From: Escherichia coli
Lineage (GTDB): Bacteria; Pseudomonadota; Gammaproteobacteria; Enterobacterales; Enterobacteriaceae
Length of the DNA: 64,000 bases
Direction: 5' to 3' (one strand)
NCBI RefSeq assembly: GCF_003334335.1
Contig: NZ_QOWQ01000011.1
A program made the position numbers and the translations under genes. The notes beneath the pieces are model-generated. The model worked only from the letters and a program-made list of their open reading frames with translations, was not told the origin of the DNA and did not search any database. Positions 59,945 to 64,000 of the stretch are shown here, piece by piece (the first letter of the stretch is position 1; each line of letters starts with the position of its first letter).

Positions 59945-61078
59945 GTGAATGACGCTATCCCTCGCCCGCAGGCGAAAACCCGTAAGGCGCTGACGCCGCT
60001 ATTAGAAATCCGCAACCTGACCAAATCCTACGATGGTCAACATGCGGTGGATGATGTCAGCCTGACCATCTACAAAGGTGAAATCTTCGCGCTGCTGGGC
60101 GCATCCGGCTGTGGCAAGTCCACGCTGCTGCGTATGCTGGCAGGTTTCGAACAACCTTCTGCCGGACAGATAATGCTTGATGGCGTCGATTTGTCACAGG
60201 TTCCGCCTTACCTGCGCCCCATCAATATGATGTTTCAGTCTTACGCGCTGTTTCCGCATATGACCGTGGAACAGAACATCGCTTTTGGCCTGAAACAGGA
60301 CAAACTACCGAAAGCGGAAATTGCCAGCCGGGTCAATGAGATGCTCGGCCTGGTGCATATGCAGGAGTTCGCCAAACGCAAACCGCATCAGCTTTCCGGT
60401 GGTCAGCGACAACGTGTGGCCCTGGCCCGAAGCCTTGCGAAGCGCCCGAAACTATTACTGCTCGATGAGCCGATGGGCGCGCTGGATAAAAAGCTGCGTG
60501 ACCGGATGCAGCTTGAAGTGGTGGATATTCTGGAGCGCGTCGGTGTGACTTGTGTGATGGTCACCCACGATCAGGAAGAGGCGATGACCATGGCGGGGCG
60601 CATCGCCATTATGAATCGTGGGAAATTTGTCCAGATTGGCGAACCGGAAGAGATCTACGAGCATCCGACTACCCGCTATAGCGCCGAATTTATTGGCTCG
60701 GTAAACGTCTTTGAAGGCGTACTCAAAGAGCGTCAGGAAGATGGCCTGGTGCTTGATTCGCCGGGGCTGGTGCATCCACTGAAAGTCGACGCGGATGCCT
60801 CGGTGGTCGATAACGTGCCGGTACATGTGGCGCTGCGCCCGGAAAAAATCATGCTTTGCGAAGAGCCGCCCGCCAATGGTTGTAACTTCGCGGTGGGGGA
60901 GGTGATACACATTGCCTATCTCGGCGATCTTTCGGTGTATCACGTTCGTCTGAAAAGTGGGCAGATGATTAGCGCCCAGCTACAAAACGCCCATCGTCAT
61001 CGTAAAGGGTTACCGACCTGGGGCGACGAAGTGCGTTTGTGCTGGGAAGTGGACAGCTGTGTGGTGCTGACGGTTTAA
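59945..61078 (+). CDS. potG: Putrescine ABC transporter ATP-binding protein
   Basis: GTG start at 59945 (MNDAIPRPQAKTRK; 377 aa); Walker A GASGCGKST, signature LSGGQRQRV. Confidence 0.93.
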   Translation: MNDAIPRPQAKTRKALTPLLEIRNLTKSYDGQHAVDDVSLTIYKGEIFALLGASGCGKSTLLRMLAGFEQPSAGQIMLDGVDLSQVPPYLRPINMMFQSYALFPHMTVEQNIAFGLKQDKLPKAEIASRVNEMLGLVHMQEFAKRKPHQLSGGQRQRVALARSLAKRPKLLLLDEPMGALDKKLRDRMQLEVVDILERVGVTCVMVTHDQEEAMTMAGRIAIMNRGKFVQIGEPEEIYEHPTTRYSAEFIGSVNVFEGVLKERQEDGLVLDSPGLVHPLKVDADASVVDNVPVHVALRPEKIMLCEEPPANGCNFAVGEVIHIAYLGDLSVYHVRLKSGQMISAQLQNAHRHRKGLPTWGDEVRLCWEVDSCVVLTV

Positions 61079-61087
61079 GGAGCAAAG

Positions 61088-62041
61088 ATGAGTACACTTG
61101 AACCTGCTGCCCAGTCGAAACCGCCGGGCGGATTTAAGCTGTGGTTGTCGCAGCTGCAAATGAAGCATGGGCGCAAACTGGTCATTGCGTTGCCATATAT
61201 CTGGTTGATCTTGCTGTTTCTGCTGCCATTTCTGATTGTCTTTAAAATAAGCCTGGCGGAGATGGCGCGCGCTATTCCACCTTATACCGAACTGATGGAG
61301 TGGGCTGACGGGCAACTGTCCATCACTCTTAATCTCGGTAATTTTCTGCAACTGACCGACGATCCGCTCTATTTCGATGCTTATCTCCAGTCGCTACAGG
61401 TGGCTGCGATTTCGACATTTTGCTGTTTACTGATCGGCTATCCGCTGGCGTGGGCGGTGGCGCACAGTAAGCCTTCGACCCGTAATATTTTATTACTACT
61501 GGTGATCCTGCCGTCGTGGACCTCGTTTCTGATCCGCGTTTATGCCTGGATGGGAATATTAAAAAACAACGGTGTGCTGAATAATTTTCTGCTGTGGCTG
61601 GGGGTTATCGATCAACCGCTGACCATTCTGCATACCAATCTGGCCGTTTATATCGGCATTGTTTACGCTTACGTGCCGTTTATGGTACTGCCGATTTATA
61701 CCGCGTTGATTCGTATTGATTATTCGCTGGTGGAAGCAGCGCTGGATCTCGGTGCACGACCGCTGAAAACGTTCTTTACTGTGATCGTGCCGCTGACTAA
61801 AGGTGGGATTATTGCCGGATCGATGCTGGTGTTTATCCCGGCTGTGGGCGAGTTTGTGATCCCGGAACTGCTCGGTGGCCCGGACAGCATCATGATCGGG
61901 CGCGTGCTATGGCAAGAGTTTTTCAATAACCGCGACTGGCCGGTGGCCTCGGCGGTAGCGATCATCATGTTGCTGCTGCTAATTGTGCCGATAATGTGGT
62001 TCCACAAACACCAGCAAAAAAGCGTGGGAGAACACGGATGA
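61088..62041 (+). CDS. potH: Putrescine ABC transporter permease
   Basis: 317 aa; 6-TM permease. Confidence 0.95.
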   Translation: MSTLEPAAQSKPPGGFKLWLSQLQMKHGRKLVIALPYIWLILLFLLPFLIVFKISLAEMARAIPPYTELMEWADGQLSITLNLGNFLQLTDDPLYFDAYLQSLQVAAISTFCCLLIGYPLAWAVAHSKPSTRNILLLLVILPSWTSFLIRVYAWMGILKNNGVLNNFLLWLGVIDQPLTILHTNLAVYIGIVYAYVPFMVLPIYTALIRIDYSLVEAALDLGARPLKTFFTVIVPLTKGGIIAGSMLVFIPAVGEFVIPELLGGPDSIMIGRVLWQEFFNNRDWPVASAVAIIMLLLLIVPIMWFHKHQQKSVGEHG

Positions 62042-62883
62042 ATAATTTACCGGTAGTTCGTTCGCCCTGGCGGATTGTGATTTTGCTGCTGGGCTTTACC
62101 TTTCTCTACGCGCCAATGCTGATGCTGGTTATCTATTCGTTTAACAGCTCGAAGCTGGTGACGGTGTGGGCCGGCTGGTCAACGCGCTGGTATGGTGAGT
62201 TATTGCGCGATGACGCGATGATGAGTGCGGTTGGTTTAAGTCTGACAATTGCGGCCTGTGCGGCGACGGCGGCGGCGATCCTCGGAACTATTGCGGCGGT
62301 GGTGCTGGTGCGCTTTGGCAGGTTTCGCGGATCAAATGGCTTTGCCTTTATGATCACCGCGCCGCTGGTAATGCCAGATGTCATCACGGGCTTGTCGCTG
62401 TTGTTATTATTCGTCGCGCTTGCTCATGCCATTGGCTGGCCTGCGGACCGCGGTATGCTCACCATCTGGCTGGCGCATGTCACTTTTTGTACGGCTTATG
62501 TGGCGGTCGTTATTTCTTCAAGATTGCGGGAACTGGATCGCTCGATAGAAGAAGCAGCGATGGATCTCGGTGCGACGCCGCTGAAAGTGTTTTTCGTCAT
62601 TACGCTACCGATGATCATGCCCGCGATCATTTCTGGCTGGTTACTGGCTTTTACTTTGTCGCTTGATGATCTGGTGATCGCCAGCTTTGTTTCCGGGCCG
62701 GGAGCCACCACGTTACCGATGCTGGTCTTTTCCAGCGTGCGGATGGGGGTGAATCCGGAAATCAACGCCCTGGCAACATTGATCCTCGGCGCGGTCGGAA
62801 TTGTCGGATTTATCGCCTGGTATCTGATGGCTCGCGCAGAAAAACAGCGGATACGCGACATCCAGCGTGCAAGACGTGGCTGA
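62038..62883 (+). CDS. potI: Putrescine ABC transporter permease
   Basis: Start trimmed to MNNLPVVRSPWR at 62038 (281 aa); ATGA overlap with potH stop. Confidence 0.93.
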   Translation: MNNLPVVRSPWRIVILLLGFTFLYAPMLMLVIYSFNSSKLVTVWAGWSTRWYGELLRDDAMMSAVGLSLTIAACAATAAAILGTIAAVVLVRFGRFRGSNGFAFMITAPLVMPDVITGLSLLLLFVALAHAIGWPADRGMLTIWLAHVTFCTAYVAVVISSRLRELDRSIEEAAMDLGATPLKVFFVITLPMIMPAIISGWLLAFTLSLDDLVIASFVSGPGATTLPMLVFSSVRMGVNPEINALATLILGAVGIVGFIAWYLMARAEKQRIRDIQRARRG

Positions 62884-62942
62884 AGACACTAAAATTTGCC
62901 AACCTGGCTACATAATGCCGCGCATGTCGCGGCATTGTTTTC

Positions 62943-63431
62943 ATGGAAGACGAAACGTTGGGATTTTTTAAGAAAACATCTTCATCTCATGCTCGCCTGA
63001 ATGTGCCTGCGCTGGTGCAGGTGGCGGCGCTCGCCATTATTATGATCCGTGGCCTCGACGTGCTGATGATTTTCAATACGCTGGGCGTGCGCGGTATTGG
63101 CGAGTTCATTCATCGCAGCGTACAAACCTGGAGTTTAACGCTGGTCTTTTTAAGCAGTCTGGTGCTGGTTTTCATTGAGATCTGGTGTGCGTTTTCACTG
63201 GTGAAAGGGCGTCGCTGGGCGCGCTGGCTATATCTGCTGACACAAATCACCGCCGCAAGTTACTTGTGGGCGGCTTCGCTGGGGTACGGTTATCCGGAGC
63301 TGTTCAGCATTCCCGGTGAATCAAAACGTGAAATCTTCCATAGCCTGATGCTGCAGAAGCTGCCGGATATGCTCATCCTGATGCTGCTGTTCGTTCCCTC
63401 GACCAGTCGGCGGTTCTTCCAGTTGCAATAA
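62943..63431 (+). CDS. ybjO: Inner membrane protein of unknown function
   Basis: 162 aa; recognised YbjO. Confidence 0.9.
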   Translation: MEDETLGFFKKTSSSHARLNVPALVQVAALAIIMIRGLDVLMIFNTLGVRGIGEFIHRSVQTWSLTLVFLSSLVLVFIEIWCAFSLVKGRRWARWLYLLTQITAASYLWAASLGYGYPELFSIPGESKREIFHSLMLQKLPDMLILMLLFVPSTSRRFFQLQ

Positions 63432-63471
63432 TGTGTATAATCGTCGCCCCTGATGATGTGAAGGTCAATGT

Positions 63472-64000
63472 ATGCAGTGCGCACTTTACGACGCGGGTCG
63501 CTGTCGTTCCTGTCAGTGGATAATGCAGCCGATTCCAGAGCAACTCTCCGCTAAAACCGCCGATCTTAAAAATCTGCTCGCCGACTTTCCGGTTGAGGAA
63601 TGGTGCGCGCCGGTGTCAGGCCCGGAACAAGGGTTTCGTAATAAAGCCAAAATGGTGGTGAGTGGTAGCGTTGAAAAACCACTGCTCGGTATGCTGCATC
63701 GCGATGGCACACCAGAAGACCTTTGTGACTGCCCGCTTTATCCTGCCTCATTTGCGCCCGTTTTTGCGGCGCTAAAACCGTTTATCGCCCGAGCGGGGTT
63801 AACGCCCTACAACGTGGCGCGTAAGCGTGGCGAACTGAAATACATTCTGCTGACTGAAAGCCAGAGTGATGGAGGCATGATGCTGCGCTTTGTACTGCGT
63901 TCTGATACCAAGCTGGCGCAACTGCGTAAGGCGCTGCCGTGGTTACACGAACAACTACCGCAGCTGAAAGTTATTACCGTCAATATTCAGCCGGTACATA
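63472..64000 (+). CDS. rlmC: 23S rRNA m5U747 methyltransferase, N-terminal part (3' end outside window)
   Basis: Not in ORF track (no stop in window). ATG 63472 gives [20 protein letters not shown]... with an N-terminal Cys cluster; open to window end. Confidence 0.85.

Overview
This window reads as Escherichia coli K-12-type core chromosome, running from the 3' end of dinG to the 5' end of rlmC in the canonical gene order. It is densely coding: about 62 protein genes, two known small-RNA or small-protein loci the ORF track misses (mntS, rybB), three REP/BIME clusters and several intrinsic terminators. I found no integrase, transposase, CRISPR array, tRNA/rRNA gene, prophage remnant or defence-island signature, and I cannot honestly support the presence of a previously undescribed system. 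Gene identities come from recognising the translated proteins and their order from memory, not from a database search. The most checkable anomaly is a 1-nt frameshift splitting gsiB into a 53-aa signal-peptide fragment and a 444-aa out-of-frame remainder. Other points worth a second look are the ybiU-ybiV-ybiW-ybiY-fsaA glycyl-radical-enzyme neighbourhood, the AT-rich pdeI-dgcI c-di-GMP gene pair, a perfect 30-bp palindrome downstream of rhtA, and a near-perfect palindrome in the ybjJ/rcdA divergent region. Many ORF-track starts are 5'-over-extended (the track accepts GTG/TTG and takes the longest ORF); I trimmed them to the start that has an RBS and matches the known protein N-terminus.
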